Below, piece by piece: positions 19,464 to 28,642 of a stretch of DNA of 64,000 bases. The DNA comes from an uncultured Verrucomicrobiales bacterium (GTDB taxonomy: Bacteria > Verrucomicrobiota > Verrucomicrobiia > Verrucomicrobiales > DEV007): positions 1 through 64,000 of the forward strand of contig CALKOM010000108.1 of the NCBI GenBank assembly GCA_938091905.1, written 5' to 3'. A program made the position numbers and the translations under genes. The notes under the pieces are model-generated. The model ran no database searches, was not told where the DNA came from, and saw only the letters and a list, made by a program, of their open reading frames with translations. Numbering within the stretch: position 1 is the first letter of the stretch; each line of letters begins with the position of its first letter.

Positions 19464-20115
19464 GTTTGGTCTCGGGAGCTTCCAGGCCAGCCTGACAGTA
19501 ACCTTTTACCATTGTGAGGATATTATCTAAGGAAGGCGAGCCTAACCGATCGCCTGCGAGTTGTTGAAGGCCATCGGTATGGATGAGGACGTGGATCAAG
19601 ACGCCGACGGTGAAGTGCAGGCGCCATAAACTTTCTTTCTCTGAGAGGTCTGGAAGTGTCCTGCGAATAGCTTGGGGAAAGCGAGTCACGACTTGGCCGA
19701 AGAGCCCCAACACGGTGTCTGGCATGGTCTTCTGCGATTGGTTGTTCATGCAGCGTCCCATGAGCTGAAAGAAGAGCTGCTCCGAAATCGGACTCTTGCG
19801 TACCGCTTCTAACACAGGGCGCATGAAACAGTCTAAGATGGTATCGAGAGGGAGAGCATGGCCACCAGAACTCGATTCAGCGGTATCCAGCAGTGCCAGC
19901 CGCGCCTCGTTCACGGGATTCACATAACCTGCGATAACAGCGTCAATCAGCCCCTGCTTGGACCGGAAATGGTAATTCACCGACGCCAAATTAACGCCAG
20001 CCTCCTGGGTTAACATACGCAAGGAGACTTTCTCGAAGCCCTCACGGGCAAACAGCCGCTGGGCAGCTTCGAGAATGGGGCCCTTGGCCGAATCGTCTGG
20101 TTGAGTTGGCGACAC
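19444..20115 (-). CDS. TetR/AcrR family regulator (PsrA-like)
   Basis: ILEAAQRLFAREGF...AGVNLASVNYHFRSKQGL HTH; C-terminal WRLHFTVG; first gene of the efflux operon. Confidence 0.92.
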   Translation of the reverse strand: MSPTQPDDSAKGPILEAAQRLFAREGFEKVSLRMLTQEAGVNLASVNYHFRSKQGLIDAVIAGYVNPVNEARLALLDTAESSSGGHALPLDTILDCFMRPVLEAVRKSPISEQLFFQLMGRCMNNQSQKTMPDTVLGLFGQVVTRFPQAIRRTLPDLSEKESLWRLHFTVGVLIHVLIHTDGLQQLAGDRLGSPSLDNILTMVKGYCQAGLEAPETKLETQDA

Positions 20116-20120
20116 GATGA

Positions 20121-20138
20121 TTCAAACGATCGTTTAAA
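20121..20138. promoter_or_regulatory. Palindromic operator for the TetR regulator
   Basis: TTCAAACGATCGTTTAAA with perfect 12-bp palindrome AAACGATCGTTT (20124-20135), 8 bp upstream of the TetR GTG start. Confidence 0.7.
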
Positions 20139-20237
20139 ACAAGCGATCACATGAATAGAAGAGACTCAACCGTGAATGTGTTGAAAATTCGGAATTAGGA
20201 TTGCTCGCAAGGTCTACGAGTAGAAGGTTTGGGAACT

Positions 20238-20516
20238 ATGAGTCCCGATCCACCTGATGATCTCGGCGAAGAGCGCCGCCGCAAAGTCCGCAAGAAGCGC
20301 CGTGTTACCAAGGTCATGGTGGATGGAAAAGAGGTGACCGGCGACTTTCTGAAGAATCCGAAGTCCTTAGAGTTTCCAGATCCAGGAAGAGGATCCCGCA
20401 AATGGATTATTCTCGCGGTGATTCTTATTGGGGTAGCCCTTTCCGCAGTGCTATTTATTAAGATCAGCGACTTCATGCCGGATGAGTCCAGCGGGCCTCC
20501 AATAATGGGGAAATAG
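20238..20516 (+). CDS. Small single-pass membrane protein
   Basis: Basic RRRKVRKKRR segment followed by TM WIILAVILIGVALSAVLFI. Confidence 0.6.
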   Translation: MSPDPPDDLGEERRRKVRKKRRVTKVMVDGKEVTGDFLKNPKSLEFPDPGRGSRKWIILAVILIGVALSAVLFIKISDFMPDESSGPPIMGK

Positions 20517-20536
20517 CTCTCTTGAGCCTGGGAAAA

Positions 20537-20611
20537 TGGCGACCCGTACGGGATTCGAACCCGTGTTGCCGCCGTGAAAGGGCGGAGTCCTAACCGCTGG
20601 ACGAACGGGTC
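20537..20611 (-). tRNA. tRNA-Glu (TTC)
   Basis: Reverse complement GACCCGTTCGTCCAGCGGTTAGGACTCCGCCCTTTCACGGCGGCAACACGGGTTCGAATCCCGTACGGGTCGCCA: cloverleaf, TTC anticodon, encoded CCA. Confidence 0.97.
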
Positions 20612-20768
20612 ACACATAGGACAATCGGAGAGGAGATTTAGATCAGCCCGGTAGGGAAGCAAGGGAAAAGATCTTGGTTTTTCAAGCAGAGCGCAGGCTC
20701 CACTTGACCACCCATACCTTTGTCTACACCGTAGCGCCCACTTTGGCAGAACCGCCAAACGCTAATCC

Positions 20769-21266
20769 ATGACTCGTCACACCATCTCCGTCCTCGTCGA
20801 GAACAAGTTCGGCGTGCTTGCACGCATCGCCGGTATGTTCAGTGGACGCGGATACAACATCCACACGCTCAATGTGGGGCCTAGCCATGACCCCACCATT
20901 TCTCGCATGACCATTGTCGTCCGGGAGAAAGAGAACGTCCTCGATCAGATTATCAAGCAGCTCGATAAGCTCATCGATGTGATTGAGGTCGTCGATTTCC
21001 GCGAGGGTGAAAGTGTCGATCGCGAACTCGTCCTTCTTCAACTCGCGGTCAGTCCGGATTTACGAGCAGAGGTCATCACTCTCTGCGATATCTTCCGTGC
21101 CCGCATCGTGGATGTCAGCCCGGAGCGTCTCACCGTCGAAGTCACCGGAGACGCCGGCAAGATTAGCAAGTTTCTAAAACTCATGGAAGGCTTCAACATC
21201 GTCGACCTCACCCGCACAGGTAAGATCGCCATGCCCGTTCCTCACGATCCGGGAAATGACGCCTAA
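20769..21266 (+). CDS. ilvN: Acetolactate synthase small (regulatory) subunit
   Basis: HTISVLVENKFGVLARIAGMFSGRGYNI ACT domain; RELVLL...RTGKIAM; upstream of ilvC. Confidence 0.95.
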   Translation: MTRHTISVLVENKFGVLARIAGMFSGRGYNIHTLNVGPSHDPTISRMTIVVREKENVLDQIIKQLDKLIDVIEVVDFREGESVDRELVLLQLAVSPDLRAEVITLCDIFRARIVDVSPERLTVEVTGDAGKISKFLKLMEGFNIVDLTRTGKIAMPVPHDPGNDA

Positions 21267-21323
21267 ACAATCCAAAGTATTATCCCTAACACCATACAAA
21301 CTAGCTCTTAAGCACCCAAGACC

Positions 21324-22352
21324 ATGTCTGCTAAAATCTACACGGAACAAGATGCCGATCTCAATCATCTCAAAGAGAAGACCTGCGCGGTCATCGGCTT
21401 CGGTTCTCAAGGCCACGCCCACGCCCTCAATCTCAAGGAAAGCGGTGTCCGTGTCATCATCGGCCTCTACCCTGGCAGTAAGTCGCGTGCCTCTGCAGAG
21501 CAGAAAGGCTTCGAAGTCTTCGACACTGCGGACGCGGTGAAGCAAGCAGATGTCATTTTCATCGGTGTCCCCGATGTCAAGATCGCTTCTGTCTACGATG
21601 CTGACATTGCTCCCAACCTAACGGCTGGCAAGACGCTCCTCTTTTCACACGGATTCGCGATTCATTACAAGACTGTCACGCCGCCCGAAGACGTCAACGT
21701 TATCATGGTAGCTCCCAAAGGTCCTGGCCACATCGTTCGCCGCCAATTCACGGAAGGCAAAGGCGTTCCAGGTCTTATCGCTGTCTATCAGGATCCTTCA
21801 GGCAATTCCAAGGACGTGGCTTTGGCCTGGTCCAAAGGTGTTGGCTGCACACGCGGCGGAGTTTTTGAAACGGACTTCCGCGAAGAGACGGAAACGGATC
21901 TCTTCGGTGAGCAAACCGTGCTTTGCGGTGGTGCTTCCGCACTCGTTCAAGCGGGTTTCGAGGTTCTCGTCGAGGCTGGTTACCAGCCAGAGATGGCTTA
22001 TTTCGAGTGTTTGCATGAACTCAAACTCATCGTCGACCTCATGAACGAGTCGGGTATCGCAGGTATGCGTTTCTCCATCTCAGAAACGGCCAAGTATGGG
22101 GATATCAAGGTTGGCCCCAAGATCATCGATGCCTCGGTCAAAGAGCGCATGAAAGAAGCCCTCACCGCAATTCAAGACGGCACCTTTGCCAAAGAGTGGG
22201 TCGCCGAATACGAAGCCGGACTCCCGGAATACAACCGTCTCCTCGAAGAGGGTACCAAGCACCCAATTGAAGAAACGGGCGCACGCCTCCGTGGCCTCAT
22301 GCCGTGGATCAAAAAGCGCGACCTCGGTGGCGTCCAAGCAGACTACTCTTAG
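21324..22352 (+). CDS. ilvC: Ketol-acid reductoisomerase
   Basis: IGFGSQGHAHALNL, MVAPKGPGH, ETDLFGEQTVLCGG, AYFECLHELKLIVDL. Confidence 0.98.
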   Translation: MSAKIYTEQDADLNHLKEKTCAVIGFGSQGHAHALNLKESGVRVIIGLYPGSKSRASAEQKGFEVFDTADAVKQADVIFIGVPDVKIASVYDADIAPNLTAGKTLLFSHGFAIHYKTVTPPEDVNVIMVAPKGPGHIVRRQFTEGKGVPGLIAVYQDPSGNSKDVALAWSKGVGCTRGGVFETDFREETETDLFGEQTVLCGGASALVQAGFEVLVEAGYQPEMAYFECLHELKLIVDLMNESGIAGMRFSISETAKYGDIKVGPKIIDASVKERMKEALTAIQDGTFAKEWVAEYEAGLPEYNRLLEEGTKHPIEETGARLRGLMPWIKKRDLGGVQADYS

Positions 22353-22421
22353 CAGGGTAGTCTATGCCAGTGTCGCACGGGCATCCTGCTCGTGAATCTG
22401 CACGGCGAATAGTTTACAAGC

Positions 22422-22511
22422 GGAGGGATGGCTGAGTCCGGTTTAAGGCGCTCGATTCGAAATCGAGTGTAGGGCAACCTACCGTGGGTTCGAATCCCAC
22501 TCCCTCCGCCA
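22422..22511 (+). tRNA. tRNA-Ser (CGA)
   Basis: GGAGGGATGGCTGAGTCCGGTTTAAGGCG-CTCGA TT CGA AA TCGAG-long variable arm GTAGGGCAACCTAC-GTGGGTTCGAATCCCAC-TCCCTCCGCCA. Confidence 0.96.
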
Positions 22512-22715
22512 TTTCTGACCGCAGGGCAGTGATGTAGCGAAGGAAGGATGAGAACGCCGTTCGACTCGGAGCAAAGCGGAGAGAGCCTGAGAGCAGCGAA
22601 GGATAATCCCACTCCCTCCGCCATTTCTGACCGCAGGGCAGTGATGTAGCGACGGAAAGATGGGAACGCCGTTCGACTCGGAGCAAAGCGAAGGATAATT
22701 CCACCCTGTCCGCCA
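22493..22715 (+). repeat. Tandem tRNA-linked repeats (units of 112 and 92 bp), each ending in a copy of the tRNA 3' end
   Basis: AATCCCACTCCCTCCGCCA at 22493 and 22605, variant AATTCCACCCTGTCCGCCA at 22697; spacer TTTCTGACCGCAGGGCAGTGATGTAGCGA...GAACGCCGTTCGACTCGGAGCAAAGCG is repeated. Confidence 0.9.
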
Positions 22716-23240
22716 CCTATGATGGGAATGAAATGCGAACTTACTTAGCCAAATAGTGGTCTCATCTCCCGTGGAGTAGCCTTCAGAGGTACTGCCAGCC
22801 CGAGACTGATTTGCAATATGACTCTGTTGGATACGTCCTCCCACGTTCTCGGTAGAACTCACCTTTGAATACGATACTTCAAACGGCTACAACCGGAACC
22901 CGGGCAGCTTTTTTCATATTGCTCTGCGACAGCATCTGAAGCTTTCTGAATTGAAGGCGCTTCGACAGGACACTGGCTTGAGGAACGGCATGAACCATGC
23001 CAGTGACTGGAATTCCAGCTTTATGTTTTAGCTTACACTCTCGAATGTCGGCCTCATCCCTCCTTTCTCTCAAGAGCTGCTGCTGTTTAAGAAGAAGTTC
23101 CCAAATTTGGATGTGTAGAGAGAATTATCTATGGCACCTCGTGTTTCTCTTACAGAACGCCAGGTAGCTATACTTGATTAGCCCCGTTCCTCTTTTCCCA
23201 GTCCTTGGCGGCGGTGGCACCTATTCGCAGTTCCACTGCA

Positions 23241-24025
23241 CTAACGCAGTGTCAAGAACGATGGGTTGCAAGACAGCGGTTCGATGCGCTTAAGGCCCAG
23301 GAACGAATGGCTGTTGACCTAACCACTCACGACATGTTGGAGCAGAATTTCCTGAAGCCGTCCTTTGTTTCCTGGCAAGAGCAAGGTCTCCACCGTGCCT
23401 TCGGGTAATCTTGAAAAAGCTTCACCTGTTGGGGCAAACAAGTTCGAAACTAGTACTGGTCCTAGGGCGCTATTCAATTCGGGTAGGAGAGGAAAGCTCT
23501 CTTGCTGTGTAGGATCAAGGAAACCAGCCGCCTCCGCAGCAACCATCAGAGTAGTGAAGCGCCCGTCGTTTGCGAGAAAGGCCCAAAAGTTGAGGGTAGT
23601 TGGATGGAGGAGGACGCGATCTATTGTATGGACGACTCCATTCGCCACCGAGATATCTTTGGTGATGACTTTAGCATCATTTGAGAACAAACCATCGTTC
23701 TCATTAACAATGGCCAGCTTTTGGCCAGACAATGTCTCGCCTGAAGAAAGAGTTTTGACGGCTTTCGCGCTGAGTGAGGCGCCAACCACATGATAACTAA
23801 GGATCTCGACGAGCCGTTGATGATTCTCAGCGAGCAAAAGCGACTCCACAGTACCATTCGGTAATAGATCAAAAGCTTGGTCGGTGGGAGCCAAAACGGT
23901 GATAGCTTCAGCATTGGTTAGGAATACAAGGGGGGTGGCTTCACCAAACACACCCTAGTAATGTCGTGAAACGACCGTCTTCGGTTAGGATCTCAGCGAT
24001 GGATTTCGACTGTTTCGCATGGCAC
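23241..24025 (-). pseudogene. Tandem fasciclin (FAS1) domain protein, degraded
   Basis: TVLAPTDQAF...ILSYHVV...NGVVHTIDRVL and a second LFAPTGEAF...ILLQHVV; frameshift near 23950 (upstream frame SIAEILTEDGRFTTLL); in-frame TAG 23319-23321; 5' end abuts ISL3. Confidence 0.8.
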
Positions 24026-24045
24026 AGGCAGGTTAAGTGAATTAA

Positions 24046-25040
24046 GAATCAAGGTCGAGCGGGTTCCGTGGGCCGAGGGCAAACAACGGATGACGAACGA
24101 TTTCAGACATTTCTTGACCACCTGGGCACGTCGCCTCACATGGCAGGAGGTCGCCGCTTGCTTTCACACGAGTTGGAACACGGTTTATCGAGTGGTGCGC
24201 TCGACTGTGGAATGGGGCTTGGATAACAGGGTTTTGAGCGGGATTACTGCCATCGGTGTTGATGAGATCCACATCCGGAAGGGGCACAACTACATGACTC
24301 TTGTCTATCAGATTGACGAAGGCAAACGGCGTCTTCTTGCCATCCGCCCAGGGCGTAAAATCAAGACACTGATGCGCTGTTTTCGCGACCTTGGTCCAGG
24401 CACTTGCTCTGAAATTCGCTTTGTCTGCAGCGACCTGTGGAAAGCCTATTTGAAAGTGATCGCCAAACGTTTGCCTCAGGCGATTCACGTGCTCGATAAG
24501 TTCCACATGGTTGCTCATCTTCACAAAGCAGTCGATGAGGTTCGCCGTGAAGAATCGACTCGCTTGGCCAAAGAGGGCTACGAGCCCATTCTGAAGAAGA
24601 GCAAATACTGCTTCCTCAAACGACCTGAGAACCTCACGCCGAACCAAGAACTGAAGCTTGGTGAACTTTTACAATACAACTTGAAGAGTTTGCGAGCCTA
24701 CCCGTTGAAAGAGAGCTTTCGAGCGCTATGGGAGTACGAATCGGTGAGATGGGCCAAGTGGTATTGGAAGAACTGGAGCGCACGGGCTATGCGCTCACAG
24801 CTTGAGCCGATCAAGAAATTCGTGAAGACCATGCGCCATCACAAGGAGCTGATCTTCAACTATTGGAAGGCAAAGAAGGCGTTCAACTCTGGCGTTGTCG
24901 AAGGGCTCAACCGGAAAGTGAATGTTGTCACAAGAAAGGCCTACGGCTTTCGTAGTGAAGAAGTCTACCGAATTGCGCTATTTCACACTCTTGGAGGCCT
25001 TCCAGAGCCTCCAGCCCCCCACAAATACTGCTGACGAGGC
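24046..25040 (+). mobile_element. ISL3-family insertion sequence, 5'-truncated
   Basis: Transposase 24090-25034 with IGVDE, CSDLW, LDKFH and NSGVVEGLNRKV..RKAYGFR. The upstream frame RIKVERVPWAEGK begins abruptly, so the N-terminal part is missing. Right end near CACAAATACTGCTGACGAGGC. Confidence 0.9.
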
Positions 25041-25302
25041 GAATTTTAGATACCGTCGTCCTAAGGGCGGGACCCAATCCACCAATACACTCTACACCGT
25101 TGGCGAACTCTCCTGTCGTCTTGAAACAGCCTCCACATTGACGGGTGAGGGGGCGTGGAGCGAGGTTCCCGATCGGTGGAACATCTTGGACGATCGGACG
25201 GATAATCTCGACGGTACGGAAACCGTGACTTGCCGCACCCTACTCGACGGTTCCGATACCCTCTCTTGAAGGCTAAGGGTCGTCTATACTCCAGCTTCTT
25301 GA
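25041..25302 (+). pseudogene. C-terminal remnant of a large secreted protein
   Basis: FRYRRPKGG...RLETASTLTGEGAW...DGTETVTCR...LS*RLRVVY resembles the C-terminal domain of the CotH protein in this window (ETVIVRD...RRFMRLRVI). Confidence 0.55.
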
Positions 25303-25325
25303 CAAAATAATAGCTAACCCCGTGT

Positions 25326-26783
25326 TTAATCGCTGGGGATTTGGTTAAGCGTGTAATACGCTACCGGGTGTAACAACGGAAATCCCTTGGCTGATTTGAC
25401 ACCCGGAAGAAGCAATTCATGCACGTGCCCTTTGGTAAGCTGATCAAGCGTGATCCTCACAGAAAGACCATCGGAGTTGGGAGTAGCCTTGGTGACGGTC
25501 GGGGTGAGTTTGTCGACAACAGGACTGCCATAGTTGGATTGATAAATGTAAGTATATGCCTTGGCGTTGTAACTGGCGAGATCTTTTAGCGTGGCAACGT
25601 CAGCAGGCTGCGTAAATGTGATCTCAAAGCCATCGGGCTTCGCGCTGACATGGAGCATTTCGAATGGTACTTCGCCGGTCCAGTTGACGCGCTCGAGAGC
25701 AAAGTTAGACCCACCGCGTGATCCCCATCCGCGACTTGTGCCTCCATTGAAGAGAATGCCATCTTCACCGAAGCGAATGGCAACATTGCCAGACTTGAAG
25801 CCGGAGAGAAACGGAAAACAAGCGCCTTGGTAAACCCCGTTGACCTGTTCCAGGGAAACCCGTTGCACTTGGGATGCCGTTTGCTCGGCTATGAAGAGCT
25901 GTTTCTTGAACGGTCCAAATTTGCCGTCCGTCTGATCGCAGGCAATACCGGCAGGCGAGTTGCCCATGCTACCATGAGGCAAGATGCAAGCGGGCGGGAC
26001 GTATTCTGGGATGCGCTCGGCTTCTTCCACGATGCGACTGCCACTCTTCGGATCTTCAGGCCGAGGACCGATAGCGTCGGTAAGTTGATAGTGAACATTG
26101 CCCGTTGGATTGCCTTGGAAGGAACCAACTTTGAGATGTTTGAGAGAGCTTGAGCCATTCCAGGGGCCTTGATTATCGCAGTAGAACATGTCCCCAAGGT
26201 GATTTGCGCCGATGCCGCCAGGCGAGCGAATGCCACTGGTTGTTGGGATCACCTTCCCATCTGGGGTCACGCGTACGCACCAGCCACGGTAATCTGCTCG
26301 CGTACCACCGGAACCAGTGAGGCAAAGGACAACCCAGATGTTCCCGTCCTTGTCGTGGCGAGAGCCAAAGGCGTACTCATGATAGTCCCCACAGATACCC
26401 CATCCATCACTGAGCGTTTCAAAGACGTCAGCACGCCCGTCGCCATCGGTGTCTCGAAGGCGGGACACTTCAGGCCGCTGGGTAGCGTAAAGCCAGCCGT
26501 CTTTGTAAGAGAGACCGAGAGATTCGTGGATGCCTTCAGCAAAGAGCTGATATTGCACTTTGCCAGGATCAGTATCATAGGCACCCGTGAGGGTGTAGAT
26601 ATCTCCACGGCGCGAGGCCACGGCGATCTTCTGATCCGGAAGGACTTCGATCCCACTGACCTCGAGCACGACTCCGTCTGGAACGGGCAAAGGGGTGATT
26701 GGGTAGTAGTCGGTTTCTTTGGGGTATTCCGCCAGGGCTAGACCGCTGAGTGCGGTGAAGAGAACCAAGAGAGAGCGTTTCAT
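25326..26783 (-). CDS. Secreted glucose/sorbosone-dehydrogenase-like beta-propeller protein (PVC type)
   Basis: Signal MKRSLLVLFTALSGLALA; LRDTDGDGRAD, YHEYAFG, GIRSPGG, DNQGPW, FGPFKKQLF, YQGACFPF, AYYTLNQIP. Confidence 0.8.
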   Translation of the reverse strand: MKRSLLVLFTALSGLALAEYPKETDYYPITPLPVPDGVVLEVSGIEVLPDQKIAVASRRGDIYTLTGAYDTDPGKVQYQLFAEGIHESLGLSYKDGWLYATQRPEVSRLRDTDGDGRADVFETLSDGWGICGDYHEYAFGSRHDKDGNIWVVLCLTGSGGTRADYRGWCVRVTPDGKVIPTTSGIRSPGGIGANHLGDMFYCDNQGPWNGSSSLKHLKVGSFQGNPTGNVHYQLTDAIGPRPEDPKSGSRIVEEAERIPEYVPPACILPHGSMGNSPAGIACDQTDGKFGPFKKQLFIAEQTASQVQRVSLEQVNGVYQGACFPFLSGFKSGNVAIRFGEDGILFNGGTSRGWGSRGGSNFALERVNWTGEVPFEMLHVSAKPDGFEITFTQPADVATLKDLASYNAKAYTYIYQSNYGSPVVDKLTPTVTKATPNSDGLSVRITLDQLTKGHVHELLLPGVKSAKGFPLLHPVAYYTLNQIPSD

Positions 26784-26794
26784 GAAGGAGGAGG

Positions 26795-28597
26795 CTACTG
26801 ATTGGGCAGGGTGTAGGACAGTTGTTGGTCGATGGTCGCCTCGCCATCGGTGAGGGTAATTGGCGCGAGGAGTTCCCATTGGCCATCGATCTCGCGAAGG
26901 ATGGGGCTAGCGCCAGTCGATGAGCTAAGGGTCATGGTGGCAGCGTTCGCAATTCGAAATCCTCCATTGGCCAATGGCTTGATGTCTTTGCCTGCAGCGG
27001 CGCGGAAGTAGAGAGTGTTCTGGCTTGAACCCGTGAGCGTAAGCTTCCGGGATAGACTAGCAGAGTTGTTGGCCGCCTGGCCGCTTGGCGTATAGACATC
27101 TTCGATCGCGAGCTCGCCAAAGTGGTAATTGAAGACGGGCAATCGCTGACTGCCTATGAGGCTGTATCCCTTGAAGCGGTATCCTTTCGACCTCAACTGT
27201 GCCTCCGGCCAGGCATCTAACAAGGACTCAAGATTTGCAAAGGGCTGGCCCTCAGGACCAGCTATCACCCCATAGCCCAACGGAGGCTGATGTCCCTGAC
27301 CGCGTCCGTTCCAGTGGCGTCCCGCATCTATGAATCCACCAATCCAAACGAGCGCGAGACGCATCTGATCAGCATCGAATGCCAGATTAATCCCGCCATC
27401 GTAGCCCACGCCGATCGCTCGATTTCCCGCACCCTGAATGAAGTTGCGGTAGATCTTGGCTTCGCCATTCTGTGAGGCAAGAGGAATGCTCGGAGCCTGG
27501 CGCTTCGATTTCTTCTTGTCGCCCACGGACAGGGGCGTCTCTTTGAAACCTGGCCCAGACCACCCCAGATAGAGCGACTCTTCCCCATCTCGTTCAAAGT
27601 AACTGACGCGAATGGGATGCTCACCTTCTGTTAGTACAGCCTTACCTTTCTTAGTAGAACGACCGTGCACCCCGTCGTGATCAATGACCACGCTGCCATC
27701 AATCTCAAGACGGGAACCATCATCGGAGGAAAGAGTAAAGCCATAGTCACCCGACTTCGGCACGGTCAATTGACCGTCAAACACCAAGGCGAAATTGTTC
27801 CGCCGTTTGGTGATACCGAGATCGATTGCGCCACTGGGAACGTGGTCGGTAGCCTCTGGTGTGAGTTTCTCGAAATCGGGTAGTCTCTCAAAGGACCCGC
27901 GATAAAGCGTGTAAGTGAGTTCAGAAATATCTTTGGCCCTCGTCTGCACCCGTAAGCGACCGTTCATCAACCCTGCATGGCCAGGCAACGAACAGATATA
28001 GGGATAATCACCGGCTTTCTCGGGGGCGGTGAAGTATTCGTGAGAGGTGGAGTGAGGGTTCACCATTCGACTAGCGAAGAGCACTTTGGGATGATCAGGC
28101 ACCCATTGCTTGTCGAACCCGTCTGCGCCCAATTGCCAGGCGGCTTTGGCCACGTCCATTCCAGAGTCGCTGTCGGGTGTGCAGACGATCAGATTGTGAT
28201 GCATGTCATCCACATTTTGAAAGATGAGCTGAACATTGGCGCCGGGAGCGACCACAATCTCGTCTAGGTCATAACGCATCTGACCCTGCAACGTTTGAAT
28301 CTGAATGACGTCGTCGGGCTTCCCAAAGCCTGCGGGTGCCGCATTGGCCGTTTTCCAATCAGCGACGCGCTGCAGGTAGGACTCTTCCAGTCTCTTGTGG
28401 GAAAGCTTCCTGGTCGACCCATCGGAAAGGTTCAGCGTCACTGCGTCCTCAGAGACCGCAGCGATGGATGCCTTGATCGTCTGGTCTCCGACCTTCCAGG
28501 TCTCCTGACCCGATGCCAGGGATCCGGTGGGGACCTGTTGGCCAAAGGCCCCAACGAGGCTTGCTAGTAGAAGGGCGAGAGACCAGCGAGTCATCAT
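26795..28597 (-). CDS. Secreted multidomain protein: azurin/auracyanin-like blue-copper domain + PA14 + C-terminal domain
   Basis: Type-1 Cu ligands MHHNL and YICSLPGHAGLM; PA14 FTLSSDDGSRLEIDG...DHDGVHG...HPIRVSYFE; C-terminal IYRNFI..AIGVGY..NLAFDA. Confidence 0.85.
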   Translation of the reverse strand: MMTRWSLALLLASLVGAFGQQVPTGSLASGQETWKVGDQTIKASIAAVSEDAVTLNLSDGSTRKLSHKRLEESYLQRVADWKTANAAPAGFGKPDDVIQIQTLQGQMRYDLDEIVVAPGANVQLIFQNVDDMHHNLIVCTPDSDSGMDVAKAAWQLGADGFDKQWVPDHPKVLFASRMVNPHSTSHEYFTAPEKAGDYPYICSLPGHAGLMNGRLRVQTRAKDISELTYTLYRGSFERLPDFEKLTPEATDHVPSGAIDLGITKRRNNFALVFDGQLTVPKSGDYGFTLSSDDGSRLEIDGSVVIDHDGVHGRSTKKGKAVLTEGEHPIRVSYFERDGEESLYLGWSGPGFKETPLSVGDKKKSKRQAPSIPLASQNGEAKIYRNFIQGAGNRAIGVGYDGGINLAFDADQMRLALVWIGGFIDAGRHWNGRGQGHQPPLGYGVIAGPEGQPFANLESLLDAWPEAQLRSKGYRFKGYSLIGSQRLPVFNYHFGELAIEDVYTPSGQAANNSASLSRKLTLTGSSQNTLYFRAAAGKDIKPLANGGFRIANAATMTLSSSTGASPILREIDGQWELLAPITLTDGEATIDQQLSYTLPNQ

Positions 28598-28642
28598 AGG
28601 CGAGAAAGAAACCCGCCTAGCTCCATGGGTAGCGGACGGCTC

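Noticed and set aside
20195..20758. 187-aa minus-strand ORF
   Set aside because: Runs through tRNA-Glu and is antisense to a plausible small membrane gene; shadow ORF.
22493..22715. Possible CRISPR mini-array
   Set aside because: The spacers are near-identical to each other, the repeat is the tRNA 3' end, and no cas genes are present.
22349..22862. Minus-strand ORFs with repeated KWRREWD / RNGGGSGI peptides
   Set aside because: These are antisense translations of tRNA-Ser and its repeats.
6322..23321. Stop-codon reassignment suggested by in-frame TAG/TGA at 6322-6327, 9717 and 23319
   Set aside because: TAG and TGA correctly terminate many intact genes (e.g. ilvC, moaA, ssb, ilvN), and core genes have no internal stops; nonsense mutation is the simpler explanation.
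24042..24647. 201-aa ORF antisense to the transposase
   Set aside because: Shadow of the ISL3 transposase, with no independent motif.
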